64,000 bases of DNA, from positions 2,336,001 through 2,400,000 of the forward strand of contig CAWDXG010000004.1 of NCBI GenBank assembly GCA_963806225.1. The letters run 5' to 3'. Below are positions 1-9,062 of the stretch, piece after piece. Position 1 is the first letter of the stretch. Every line of letters begins with the position of its first letter. Source of the stretch: an uncultured delta proteobacterium. GTDB lineage: Bacteria; Myxococcota_A; Polyangia; Polyangiales; Polyangiaceae. The notes beneath the pieces were generated by a model, which saw only the letters and a list, made by a program, of their open reading frames with translations, was not told where the DNA came from and did not search any database. The position numbers and the translations under genes were made by a program.

Positions 1-636
1 GAGGCGTGCGGTGAACACGCGCACCAGCTCGTCGACCATGGCCTCGTGCCGGTGGATCAGCGGCGCCATGTCGGCCACCTCGACGACCCCTTCCACCGTC
101 AGCATGCCGATCACCGAAGTGTGGGCGAGGAATGCGAGGCGCCGGCCGTCGATGTCCGCGGGGATGAGTCCTGCCTCCTGGTCTTTCTTGATCCGCTGCG
201 CGACGTTCCCGTACATGCGCTCGTTGAACGGCCGGATCCTCTCGAGCATCTCGGCATCGAACCGCCTGGCGCCCGCCGAACCCACCTGCGGAACCATATA
301 GGAGAGCCTGAGCTCGTCCTTGCGGCTTCCGTAGTCGTTCGCCGACGCGCGGATCAACGCCTCGATGGCGTCGGCGCCGGACGTTGCAGCGTTGACCGCA
401 CTCTCGACGACACCGGCGTGGGCCTCGAGGCTGCGGTACACTAGCTCGAACGCCAGCGCGTCCTTGGAGGGGAAGTAGTAGTAGAGCGCTGCCTTGGTCA
501 GCTGGAGCTGTCGCGCCACGGCCGCGAGCGTGAGCCCGGCGAGACCCTTCTCCAGAAGCACCGCGCGCGCGGCCTCGAGGATCTCCTCGCGAACCTGCTC
601 CTGGCGGCGTTCCCTTCTGATTTCGCGGGCATCCAT
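1..636 (-). CDS. TetR/AcrR family transcriptional regulator (3' end runs off window)
   Basis: Manual translation from ATG at 636: MDAREIRRERRQEQVREEILEAARAVLLEKGLAGLTLAAVARQLQLTKAALYYYFPSKDAL, a classic TetR HTH; open to position 1, so absent from the ORF track. Confidence 0.93.
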   Translation of the reverse strand, partial: MDAREIRRERRQEQVREEILEAARAVLLEKGLAGLTLAAVARQLQLTKAALYYYFPSKDALAFELVYRSLEAHAGVVESAVNAATSGADAIEALIRASANDYGSRKDELRLSYMVPQVGSAGARRFDAEMLERIRPFNERMYGNVAQRIKKDQEAGLIPADIDGRRLAFLAHTSVIGMLTVEGVVEVADMAPLIHRHEAMVDELVRVFTARL

Positions 637-662
637 GCTTCTATTCTACCTCGGGATAGTTT

Positions 663-700
663 TTTTGACCTACGGTTAAAATAATTGATCCGTGGTCGAA
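663..700. promoter_or_regulatory. Two tandem imperfect palindromes, putative TetR operators
   Basis: TTTTGACC-TAC-GGTTAAAA (663-681) and TTGATC-CGT-GGTCGA (685-699) in the AT-rich divergent intergenic region. Confidence 0.7.
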
Positions 701-750
701 AACTTCTGCTAGGGTGCCTTCTGTCAGCAAGACACAAGGAGTCACGAGAC

Positions 751-1581
751 ATGACAAACACCAACACGGACCGGATCCAGCTCTTCGTCCTCGGCACGGG
801 CTGGGGCGTGCCTTTCTGCTCGTCGGCGCCGTTCCCGCTCAAGCTCGCCACGTGGATGCGCATGGCCGGAGTCCCGTTCGACGTGGTGGTCGAGAACAAC
901 CTCGGCAAGGGCCCCAAGGGCAAGTCGCCCTGGATCGAGCACGGCAACGTACGCATGGGCGACTCGACGCTGATCATCGAGTACCTGAAGAAGCAGTACG
1001 GCGTGGAGCTCGACGCGCACCTCGACGCGGGGCAGCACGCTCTGGCCATGGCCGTGCAGCGCATGCTCGAGGAGCACTACCACCAGTGCTTCGAGCACCA
1101 GCTGTTCTTCGGTCGCGGCGCCGAAGAGCGGCTGAAGGAGTTCGCCTCGACCATGCCGATCCCGCTGCGCTGGCTCGTACCGACGGTCCTCAAGCGTGCT
1201 TTCAGAAAGCAGCTGCACGCGCGAGGCATGGGGCGCCACACCGAGGACGTCATCATCGCGCAAGGCAAGGCCGACCTCGACACGGTCAGCCAGCTGCTGG
1301 GCGACAAGCCGTACTTCCTCGGTGACGAGCCGTCGGCCATCGACGCCTGCGTGTTCGGCTTCCTCGGCGTGTCGCTGTACGTCGCCGGGGACAATCCGCT
1401 CTACCGCTACGGCGCCTCGCTCGACAACCTGATGCGCTACTGCGAGCGGATGCGCACGCGCTACTTCCCCGAGACGCTGGAGACGCTGGCGCCGCTCTAC
1501 TCGACGGACGCAGAGACGGAAGGCGACGCCCGCGACTCGCACGAGCGCCCCGCACAGATCGCTTCACGGAGCGTCGCGTGA
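751..1581 (+). CDS. Glutathione S-transferase family protein (metaxin/FAXC-like)
   Basis: SAPFPLKLATWMRMAG, GPKGKSPWIE, GDSTLIIEYL, LLGDKPYFLGDEPSAIDACVFG; AAGGAG RBS before ATG 751. Confidence 0.88.
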   Translation: MTNTNTDRIQLFVLGTGWGVPFCSSAPFPLKLATWMRMAGVPFDVVVENNLGKGPKGKSPWIEHGNVRMGDSTLIIEYLKKQYGVELDAHLDAGQHALAMAVQRMLEEHYHQCFEHQLFFGRGAEERLKEFASTMPIPLRWLVPTVLKRAFRKQLHARGMGRHTEDVIIAQGKADLDTVSQLLGDKPYFLGDEPSAIDACVFGFLGVSLYVAGDNPLYRYGASLDNLMRYCERMRTRYFPETLETLAPLYSTDAETEGDARDSHERPAQIASRSVA

Positions 1582-2252
1582 CCAACGCGCGCCCGCTCCT
1601 GCTGTGCGATCGAGGCTGCCCCTTCGCGCACCGCGTACTCGCGCTGCTCGACCACCTCAGCGCGGATTTCGAGCACCGCGAGTCGGCCGTGGGCGACAAG
1701 CCCGAAGGGCTCGCGGCGTACTCGCGGAGCGGGCGCATCCCACTGCTCGTCCACGGCGAGCTGATCGTCACCGAGTCACGGGTGATGCTGGAGCACCTGG
1801 CGGAGCACTTCGGCTTCGCCGCGGCGTACCCGACGGAGCTCGAGGCGCGCACCCGCCATCGTCATGCCATGGCCGTAGTCGACGACTTCCTCGCTCCACT
1901 ACTCATGGCGGACGTCACGTCCCTTACGGACACTGCGCGACTCGACGACGCACTCGCCGCGCTGGAGGCCGCGACGGCCGGCGCGCCCCCGGCGCCGGGG
2001 CTGCTCGCCTTCCACCTCGCGCCGATCTGGTTGCGCTTCCGCTGGTGGCAACCCGAAGGCGCGGTGACCCGCGCGCTGGAGCAGCATCGGGCACTATCTC
2101 GCTGGCTCGACGCTGCAGTGCACCTCGATGCCGTTTCGCACACCGCTCCGGAGCGTGGCGCCCACATGCAGGACGTCGCCCGCGCCCGCGCGGCAGGACT
2201 CATGACATGCCCAATCCCGTCGCAAGCGACGGCAGCAGGAGAACAACCATGA
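1578..2252 (+). CDS. Glutathione S-transferase N-terminal domain protein (CPF active-site type)
   Basis: CPFAHRV, GRIPLL, ESRVMLEHL; GTGA overlap with upstream gene. Confidence 0.8.
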   Translation: MTNARPLLLCDRGCPFAHRVLALLDHLSADFEHRESAVGDKPEGLAAYSRSGRIPLLVHGELIVTESRVMLEHLAEHFGFAAAYPTELEARTRHRHAMAVVDDFLAPLLMADVTSLTDTARLDDALAALEAATAGAPPAPGLLAFHLAPIWLRFRWWQPEGAVTRALEQHRALSRWLDAAVHLDAVSHTAPERGAHMQDVARARAAGLMTCPIPSQATAAGEQP

Positions 2253-2995
2253 AAATCACCAATGCAGAGTCCAACACCAGCATCGCCGAGATCGCCGACG
2301 GCATCTACCGCATCAGTACGCCGGTTCCGCCGAACCCGGCCTTGCCCGGCGGCTTCACGTTCAACCAGTTCTTGATCGCCGACGACCAGCCGCTGCTGTT
2401 CCACTCGGGTCCGCGTGGGATGTTCCCGCTGGTCAAGCAGGCGATCGAGTCCGTGATGCCGGTCTCGAAGCTCCGCTACCTGGCGCTGTCCCACTTCGAA
2501 GCCGACGAGTGCGGCAGCATCAACGAGTTCATCGCCGTGGCGCCGGAAGCGTCACCCGTATGCAGCATGGTCGCGAAGATGGTGTCCGTGGACGACGTCG
2601 CGGATCGTGAAGCGCACGGCATGGCCGACGGCGAGCAGCTCTCGCTGGGCAAGCACACGCTGCGCTGGCTCGACACGCCGCACCTGCCCCACGGCTGGGG
2701 CTGCGGTTACATGTTCGAGCAGAGCACGCGCACGCTCCTGTGCGGAGACCTCTTCACCCAGGCCGGCCACGAGCACAAGGCCTGCATCGAGGGCGACATC
2801 CTCGGGCCCAGCGAAGGCATGCGCGCCCAGATGGACTACTACGCCCACGCGCCGAACACGGCCGAGCTCCTGGCGAAGCTCGCCGCAACGGAGCCGCGCA
2901 CGCTCGCGTGCATGCACGGCGCCAGCTTCAAGGGCGACGGCGGCGCACTGCTCGGTGAGCTGTCCGCAACCCTGACCGGTTCCGCCCGCGCTTGA
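2249..2995 (+). CDS. Metallo-beta-lactamase-fold protein (FprA/ODP-like di-iron domain)
   Basis: FNQFLI, SHFEADECG, TPHLPHGW, LLCGDLF, ACMHG; AGGAG RBS; ATGA overlap. Confidence 0.88.
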   Translation: MKITNAESNTSIAEIADGIYRISTPVPPNPALPGGFTFNQFLIADDQPLLFHSGPRGMFPLVKQAIESVMPVSKLRYLALSHFEADECGSINEFIAVAPEASPVCSMVAKMVSVDDVADREAHGMADGEQLSLGKHTLRWLDTPHLPHGWGCGYMFEQSTRTLLCGDLFTQAGHEHKACIEGDILGPSEGMRAQMDYYAHAPNTAELLAKLAATEPRTLACMHGASFKGDGGALLGELSATLTGSARA

Positions 2996-3105
2996 CCGGA
3001 CGCGCCCTCTGCAGCGCCTCAAGCGCCTGCAGCGGGCGAGGCGGCGCGAGCGTCACGGCCCACCCCGCGCTCACGGGAGGGCGCGCCCGTGAGAAGATAG
3101 GCGCC

Positions 3106-3579
3106 GTGACAACCGACAAGAACGCGCTCCGCGATGCGCTGACCCGGAAACTAGAGGACGAGCTATCGATCGCACAGGCCGCGCAACGCGCGACGCGCGA
3201 AGGCGCGACGCACGAGGAAGCGCGTCCCGAGAACGACAAGGACACGCGCGCGCTCGAGCTGACGTACCTGGCGCGGGGTCAGGCCCGGCGCGTCGAGGAG
3301 CTCAGCACAGCGCTCGCGGAGACGCGGGCGATGCCGCTCCGGAGCTTCGAGGCCGGCGCTCCAATCGCCGTCTCGGCGCTCGTGACGATCGAGGACGAGC
3401 AGGGCGAGCGCCGGCTGTTCGTCGCCCTCCACGGCGGCGGCGAGAAGATCGGCGACGTCCGGGTCGTCACCACACGCTCACCACTGGGGCGAGCACTCCT
3501 CGGCAAGAGCGCCGGCGACGACGTCGATTTCGAGCAGGCTGGTTCCCTGCGCGAGCTGTCGATCCTTCACGTCGAGTGA
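3106..3579 (+). CDS. GreA/GreB family elongation factor-like protein
   Basis: Coiled coil ATHEEARPENDKDTRALE...ARGQARR plus C-terminal SPLGRALLGKSAGD; GTG start inferred. Confidence 0.82.
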   Translation: MTTDKNALRDALTRKLEDELSIAQAAQRATREGATHEEARPENDKDTRALELTYLARGQARRVEELSTALAETRAMPLRSFEAGAPIAVSALVTIEDEQGERRLFVALHGGGEKIGDVRVVTTRSPLGRALLGKSAGDDVDFEQAGSLRELSILHVE

Positions 3580-3605
3580 CGCGCGCTCGACGCGGCTCGG
3601 AGCCC

Positions 3606-4274
3606 TCAAGCCGCGACGCGGCCCCGGAACATTCCGGTTCCGTCGGGCATGCTACCGCGTTCGATCCCGACGAACCCCGCAGCCTCCATCCAGCCGCGAT
3701 ATTGCGACTCGGTATAGGCTTCGCCGTCGCGATAGAAGTTGAGGAAGTGTTCCGGATCGCATTCCGGCAGCGCTTCGGCGGCGTTCAGCAGCAGATTGAG
3801 GAAGACCTGGCCGAGCCGGGCGGGGCTGGCGTGCACAGCCGGCGCCGCGCCGTAGTCGCGCACGACGCGCGCCCGTGGCTCGATCGCGCCTTCGGCCAGG
3901 TTCAGCGTCGAGTCGAGTACTGCACCGAGCTCGACGAGCTCGACGCGCTCGCTCATGGGGCGGGAGAAGGTGCGGAGATCCCCGGCGATCGCGCGCACAC
4001 GCGCCAAGCCTTCGCGAGCGGTGGCCACTGCCTCGCGCGCGCGGTCGGTGTCCACGGTGCTGGCATCGAGGGCGCGGGCGGCGACTTCCAGCCCCGTAAC
4101 GGCGAAGCTCAGCGGGTTGTTGATCTCGTGCGCCACCCCCGCCGCGACCATGCCGAGCGCGACCATGCGGTCCGCAACCAGCAACTGCTCCTGCATGCGC
4201 CGCTTCTCCGTCACGTCCTCGCCGACCACGAGCCGGGCCGGGCCTCCACCGAACGCCACTTCTCGAACCGGCAA
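3606..4274 (-). pseudogene. Truncated sensor histidine kinase fragment fused to a methyltransferase-like tail
   Basis: PAC end (EDVTE), H-box AAGVAHEINNPL, N-box LGQVFLNLLLNAAEAL; no G1/F/G2 boxes, followed instead by FYRDGEAYTESQYRGWMEAAGF. Confidence 0.65.
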
Positions 4275-4317
4275 TGAAGCGCAGCGGCAAGGATCGCTTC
4301 GGCGTCCCGATGCCGGG

Positions 4318-6195
4318 TCACCCGTGGTTCAACAAGACGGCCGTCTCGCGCAGCATATCGAGCTGGGTGACGATACCGACGAGCTTTTCGCCCGCGACCA
4401 CCAGCAGACACGCCGAGCGCGACTCGAGCAGCCGCGCGGCTGCCTCGTGCAGGGGCGCGTCCGGGTGGATCGTGTCGGGGTTCATATCCATCAGGTCGGC
4501 AACCGAAGCGGGCGGGCTCCCGCGCGCGGCCAGGTCCAGGAGCTCCCTGTGGGAAATCAAGCCCACCAGCCGCCCCGAGTCGTCTTCGACGGGCACGTGA
4601 CGCACGTGCTCCCACTGCATCATGCTGGTGGCCAGGTCGACGACGTCTTCGGGATGCACGGTGAACAGGTCGGTGGTCATGATGTCGGCGACGCTGCGCC
4701 CGCCGGCCGGCGGCGCGCTCGACGAGTGCTCGCGGTAGGGGGGCCAGAACGCCACCGGCTGGTCTTCGTGTTGGTGGTCCAGCAGGGCAGCGGTGACGGA
4801 CGTCAGCGCTGCCTCGCTGGTTGTCGGCGCGAGGGCATCGAGGATCCAGCGCGCACCGGTCATGCGGCGCGCCACGCGCGCTTCCACCACGCCCAGCCAG
4901 CGATCCACCTCGGACGGCTCGAGCTTCCAGCGCCTGAGCCCGCTTCTGGCCAGCGGCAGGAGCTCGTCGAGGATCAGCTCCCGGCAGCCCACGCGCCTGC
5001 CGTCGAGCCAGGTGAGCTCGGCGTCGAGACCGTGCCGCGCGGCTTCGATGAAGTTCTCGCGCGCGCGTTGGAAGGCGAGGCGATCCGGGACGGAAGCCGC
5101 CTCGCCTTCGAGGCCGGCCATCATCCCGTAGAAGAACGCCGCGTTGCCGACTTCGTCCGCGAGCGTGGGGCCGGCGGGCAGGACTCGATTCTCGATGCGC
5201 AGATGCGCTCGAGCCGGACCCGCGCCGTAGCACAGGCGGTTCCACGGCCAGACGGTGCCGTTGTGGAGCGTGAGCGCCCAGAGCTTGGGGATGAGGCCAC
5301 CCCGGGCCAGCTCGACGGGATCCGCTTCGGCGTCCCGTAACAGCAGTACACGATGCCGCGCCGTCGTCTCGCGGAAGGTCTCCAGGGCCGAACCGCGCGT
5401 CCAGCTTTCGCCGAAGGACACGCGCGCCTGCTGACCGCGCGAAGTCTGCACGACCGAGCGACCATCCACGGAACGTTCGAACAGCGCCACACGGGTCTCG
5501 TGCCACAGCCGGCGCCCGAGCAGGACCGGTGAGTTGACGGCTGCGCCGAGCAGGGGCGCCGTGACGAGCTGCGCCAGGTTGTGCAGATGGGGAAACTCGG
5601 CGGGCGAGACCTGCAGGTGGAGTTGAAGGCTCGCGTTGGCGCTTTCGAGCATCACGCTATCGGCCCGCGCCGTGAGCTCGTCCTGCCCGGCGATGACGAC
5701 GTGGAAGTCGCTTCCCCGGAAGCGACGAAGGCTCTGGTTGAGCGCGTAGTAGCGAGGCTCTGGAGTCATGTTCTCGAGCTCCAGGTCGTTTCTCCTGAGC
5801 GTGGGCAGGGTGCCCATCAGGGCCGCCCGCGCGCCGAAATCCGAGGCTCCCTGTTCCACCTTGTCGAGCACCTCGCGGAGCTGCCGCTCGAGCGTCGAGA
5901 GCAGCCCCGGGCCGACCTCGATCGGGTCCAGGTTCGCCTCGAGGTTGAAGCGAGCCAGCTCCGAGGTGAGCCGCCGGTCGCCGAGCTTCACCAGGAGCTC
6001 CGGAGCGATGGGCGCAGGTCGAAGCCGGGCATCGACCAGGAACATCTCCTGCTCGACACCGATGCGCCGCGGTTCGTGCTCGAACGCATCGCGCTCGAGA
6101 AGAATCTCGAAGGCCTTCAAGTCCTCGAGCAGCGCGTGCGTGAAGGCCCGCACAGCTGTTTCGCCCTCGGCAGCCCGGACCCCGTGCTCTCCCAC
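4318..6195 (-). CDS. Glutamate-cysteine ligase (GCS2) family protein with C-terminal CBS pair
   Basis: IGVEQEMFLVD, ELARFNLEAN, SLQLHLQV, NSPVLLGRRLWHETR, HLRIENRVLPAGPT; CBS pair VADIMT...VRHVPV...LVGIVT; GTG start inferred. Confidence 0.87.
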   Translation of the reverse strand: MGEHGVRAAEGETAVRAFTHALLEDLKAFEILLERDAFEHEPRRIGVEQEMFLVDARLRPAPIAPELLVKLGDRRLTSELARFNLEANLDPIEVGPGLLSTLERQLREVLDKVEQGASDFGARAALMGTLPTLRRNDLELENMTPEPRYYALNQSLRRFRGSDFHVVIAGQDELTARADSVMLESANASLQLHLQVSPAEFPHLHNLAQLVTAPLLGAAVNSPVLLGRRLWHETRVALFERSVDGRSVVQTSRGQQARVSFGESWTRGSALETFRETTARHRVLLLRDAEADPVELARGGLIPKLWALTLHNGTVWPWNRLCYGAGPARAHLRIENRVLPAGPTLADEVGNAAFFYGMMAGLEGEAASVPDRLAFQRARENFIEAARHGLDAELTWLDGRRVGCRELILDELLPLARSGLRRWKLEPSEVDRWLGVVEARVARRMTGARWILDALAPTTSEAALTSVTAALLDHQHEDQPVAFWPPYREHSSSAPPAGGRSVADIMTTDLFTVHPEDVVDLATSMMQWEHVRHVPVEDDSGRLVGLISHRELLDLAARGSPPASVADLMDMNPDTIHPDAPLHEAAARLLESRSACLLVVAGEKLVGIVTQLDMLRETAVLLNHG

Positions 6196-6329
6196 CGAGT
6201 GAATATAAGTCCGGTCGCGGCTCTGTTCAGGGGGCGGGGTACCGCCGGAGGCCGCTCGCCCTCCCGGCGGGTCCCGACCGGTAGCGTGGCCGGGAAGCGA
6301 AGAGCGCCCCGCAGCGTTCACACCCTCGA

Positions 6330-7169
6330 ATGCGCGTCTGCCTGTGGCTCGGGGCCTTTTCGGTAGCGCTGGGATTGTTCGTTGCCGCGCGGCCGTCGAA
6401 CGCCCCGCCGCTGCGGGCGCCCGCGCGCATCGACGGGCTCTGGGTGTGGACGCGCGCGGATGCAGCATTGCTGGGGCGGTCGCGCGCGATGCAGCCCGGG
6501 ATCGTGCCGGGCGTGCTCGTTGCCAGCGTCGTGGCGCGGCCCGACGGCACGCTCGCTCTCCGGCGCGGGCTCTCGCCCGCAGCCGTGACGGGTGAGCTCG
6601 CGCTCGTCGTGCGCCTGGAGGATTCGCTTCACGCCCGCATGGTCGCACCCGACGCCGTCGCGCGCGATCTCGAGCCGCGGCTCGGCGAACTGATGGCGGA
6701 AGTCCGGGCCACAGGCGCGCGGGTGCACGAAGTGCAGCTCGACTACGACGCGCCGGTACGCCGGCTGGGCGAGTGGGCCGCGGTGGTGCGCAGGCTCCGG
6801 CGAGGCGTTCTCTCCGGCGTACCGGTCTGGGTGACCAGCATCCCGGCGCACCTCGCGGATCGGGAGTACGGAAACCTGTTCCGCGGCGTCGTCGACGGGC
6901 ACATCCTGCAGCTCTTCGACACCGGGCTCTTGTGCTCTCCGGCGCAGGCGTCGCGAATCGAGACGGAGCTCGAACGCGCTCGCATGCCGTTCCGGCTCGG
7001 GGTCGCGACCTACGAGCGCATGCGCCGAGGCCGAGTAACCACTGCGCACGCCTGCTGGCGTCGCGCCACGGCGGAGCTGGCGCACACGCCGGGGTTTGCC
7101 GGCACGTGGCTCTTCCCCGCTGGGCGTGACCCGCGCGCCGCGCAATCCGACCTGGAGGCGGCGCGATGA
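6330..7169 (+). CDS. DUF3142-like exported protein (TIM-barrel/glycoside hydrolase-like)
   Basis: Signal peptide, LWVW, EVQLDYDAP..RL..W, VTSIPAHL, VDGHILQLF, PFRLG motif pattern. Confidence 0.6.
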   Translation: MRVCLWLGAFSVALGLFVAARPSNAPPLRAPARIDGLWVWTRADAALLGRSRAMQPGIVPGVLVASVVARPDGTLALRRGLSPAAVTGELALVVRLEDSLHARMVAPDAVARDLEPRLGELMAEVRATGARVHEVQLDYDAPVRRLGEWAAVVRRLRRGVLSGVPVWVTSIPAHLADREYGNLFRGVVDGHILQLFDTGLLCSPAQASRIETELERARMPFRLGVATYERMRRGRVTTAHACWRRATAELAHTPGFAGTWLFPAGRDPRAAQSDLEAAR

Positions 7170-9034
7170 GGCTGCGCGGGTTCCTGGCGACCCTACTCGC
7201 AGCCTGCGTCGGACTGGTCGCGCTGTGCAACGCGCCGCCGCCTGCCGAGGCCTGCGGCGGACCGAGCTACGCGGATCTGGGCGCGCTCGAGCCGGTGGGC
7301 AGCATCGTCGAACGCCTGGCAGTCAAGAGCGACGACTGGGACTACACCCAGCGCACGGAGTTCCGCTTCCTGTATCCGTTCTGGCACCACAACAGCTCCC
7401 GCTTCGGCCCGCTGTGGCGCTTCTCCTATCCCGACGCGATGGGGACTGCCAAGGCTGCGACGACGAACCCACTCGGCGCGGCGTTGAAGGCGGGCGACAC
7501 CAAGGCCGTCGTACGCGCGGCGCAGCGCGAGATTGCAGCCTGGCTCGCCGAACCGCCGGTCACCGGCGCGCCCCACATGAAGGAAGCCTGGCGCGCCGCC
7601 GAGCTCGAACTGGTCATGCCGCATCTATCCGGGCTTCCGGCCGCCGCAGTGCGCGACTTCCTCGCCGGCAAGTCGCCGCCGGCCGTGCCTGCGCCGGCGC
7701 TCGCGGCACAGATCCGCGCGCGCCGGGCACAGCGCGACTTCCTGGCCCTGCGCGCCATGCAACGCACCGAAATCCCGAACGGCTGGGGCGACGCCATCCG
7801 CAGGCAGGTCAGCGCTGCCACGTGGAAGAAGCTCGAACAAGCTGTCGACGACTGGCTGTCGCGCTACCCCCAGCATCCGCTGCGCGACTACGTGCGGCTC
7901 GACAAGGAACGCATCCGCTACCTGTCCGGAGACGGTGCCGGCGCGTGGGGCGTGGTGTTCGACGTGTACCCGCGCCTCCGCGTGCGCGCGCTGGCAGAGA
8001 TGCGCTACCTTTTGCAACGCGGCGTCGCGCCGCCAGCGGCACGCCTCGATGCGCTCAAGGATCCCGCGCTGGTCGCCGCCTTCGCCGGCGAGACCACGAT
8101 CACGCCAGCGCGCTTCAAGCGCTGGTGGAAGCTCGCCGAAGCGCATCGGCAGAGCCAGGCATCGCTCGACCTCGAGGAGAGGCTCTTGTTGTGGGCCGCG
8201 CGCACGGCGCGGCCCGGCCATCTGCCGGCGGGCTTCCCGCGCACGGTCCGGCGTTCTGCGCCGCTCTGGGGCAAGCTGCGCGCTGCGGCGCTCATCGCCG
8301 CGGCGAAGTGGCCCGCGGCGCGCGTCCAGCTCTCGAGGCTGCCGCGCGACCCCGAGCGCGCGCTGCTCGCCGCGCACTATTTCGTTGCGCGCTCGCGGCC
8401 GGATCTCGCCGCGGCCGTTCCCAGGCTCGGCGGCGACGTGCGGCAATATCTGCTGCGCGTTCTGGTCGACTCGAAGGGCCTCTCCCGCCTCGCCAGAGGC
8501 TCGAAGCCACTGGCACGCGCCGCGCGCTTCGAGGCGGCCGTGCGTCTCGCGAGCGGGGGCAGCTGGCAGAGCGCCGCGGCCCGGCTACGGCATGACCACC
8601 CCGCCCAGGCGCAGCTCTGGCGCGAAGCCGGCGCTCTGGCTCGGTCGCACGACCCCGACGAAAAGCTCCGCCTGGCGCGCTTCTTCGTAGAGCATCGCGA
8701 AGCGCTGTTCTACGGGCAGGACCGAGCCCTGTACCGGGCGATCAGCGGCCGCTATGACCCGAAGCGGCGCCCCGCCGAGTCCCGCTCGATCGAGGTCGCC
8801 CTCTCGCGCTCCACGCCGCGCTGGCTCGCGCTCGAGCAGTACACCAGCTGGCTCGAGCAGAACCCGGGCAGCCCCATCGCACGCTCCGTGCTCACCGAAG
8901 CCGACGATGTCTACAACCGCCTGACCAACTGGGCCGGCGGGAACTATCTGTTCTGGGGCACGTACGCGCCGCACAACGCGCTGGTCGGGCGGCTCAGGAA
9001 GATCGGGCGCACCGTGCGGGCGACCGCACCGTGA
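7166..9034 (+). CDS. Exported alpha-helical (TPR-like) hypothetical protein, partner of DUF3142-like gene
   Basis: Signal peptide ending AEA-CGG, Ala/Leu/Arg helical repeats, YPQHPL motif; ATGA overlap. Confidence 0.65.
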   Translation: MRLRGFLATLLAACVGLVALCNAPPPAEACGGPSYADLGALEPVGSIVERLAVKSDDWDYTQRTEFRFLYPFWHHNSSRFGPLWRFSYPDAMGTAKAATTNPLGAALKAGDTKAVVRAAQREIAAWLAEPPVTGAPHMKEAWRAAELELVMPHLSGLPAAAVRDFLAGKSPPAVPAPALAAQIRARRAQRDFLALRAMQRTEIPNGWGDAIRRQVSAATWKKLEQAVDDWLSRYPQHPLRDYVRLDKERIRYLSGDGAGAWGVVFDVYPRLRVRALAEMRYLLQRGVAPPAARLDALKDPALVAAFAGETTITPARFKRWWKLAEAHRQSQASLDLEERLLLWAARTARPGHLPAGFPRTVRRSAPLWGKLRAAALIAAAKWPAARVQLSRLPRDPERALLAAHYFVARSRPDLAAAVPRLGGDVRQYLLRVLVDSKGLSRLARGSKPLARAARFEAAVRLASGGSWQSAAARLRHDHPAQAQLWREAGALARSHDPDEKLRLARFFVEHREALFYGQDRALYRAISGRYDPKRRPAESRSIEVALSRSTPRWLALEQYTSWLEQNPGSPIARSVLTEADDVYNRLTNWAGGNYLFWGTYAPHNALVGRLRKIGRTVRATAP

Positions 9035-9062
9035 CGGGGCTCGCGCGAGACAGTCGCGCGTC

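Noticed and set aside
6196..7230. N-terminal 345 aa of the 970-aa ORF
   Set aside because: Arg/Ala/Pro-rich shadow of the plus-strand DUF3142-like gene; the ligase plausibly starts at 6195.
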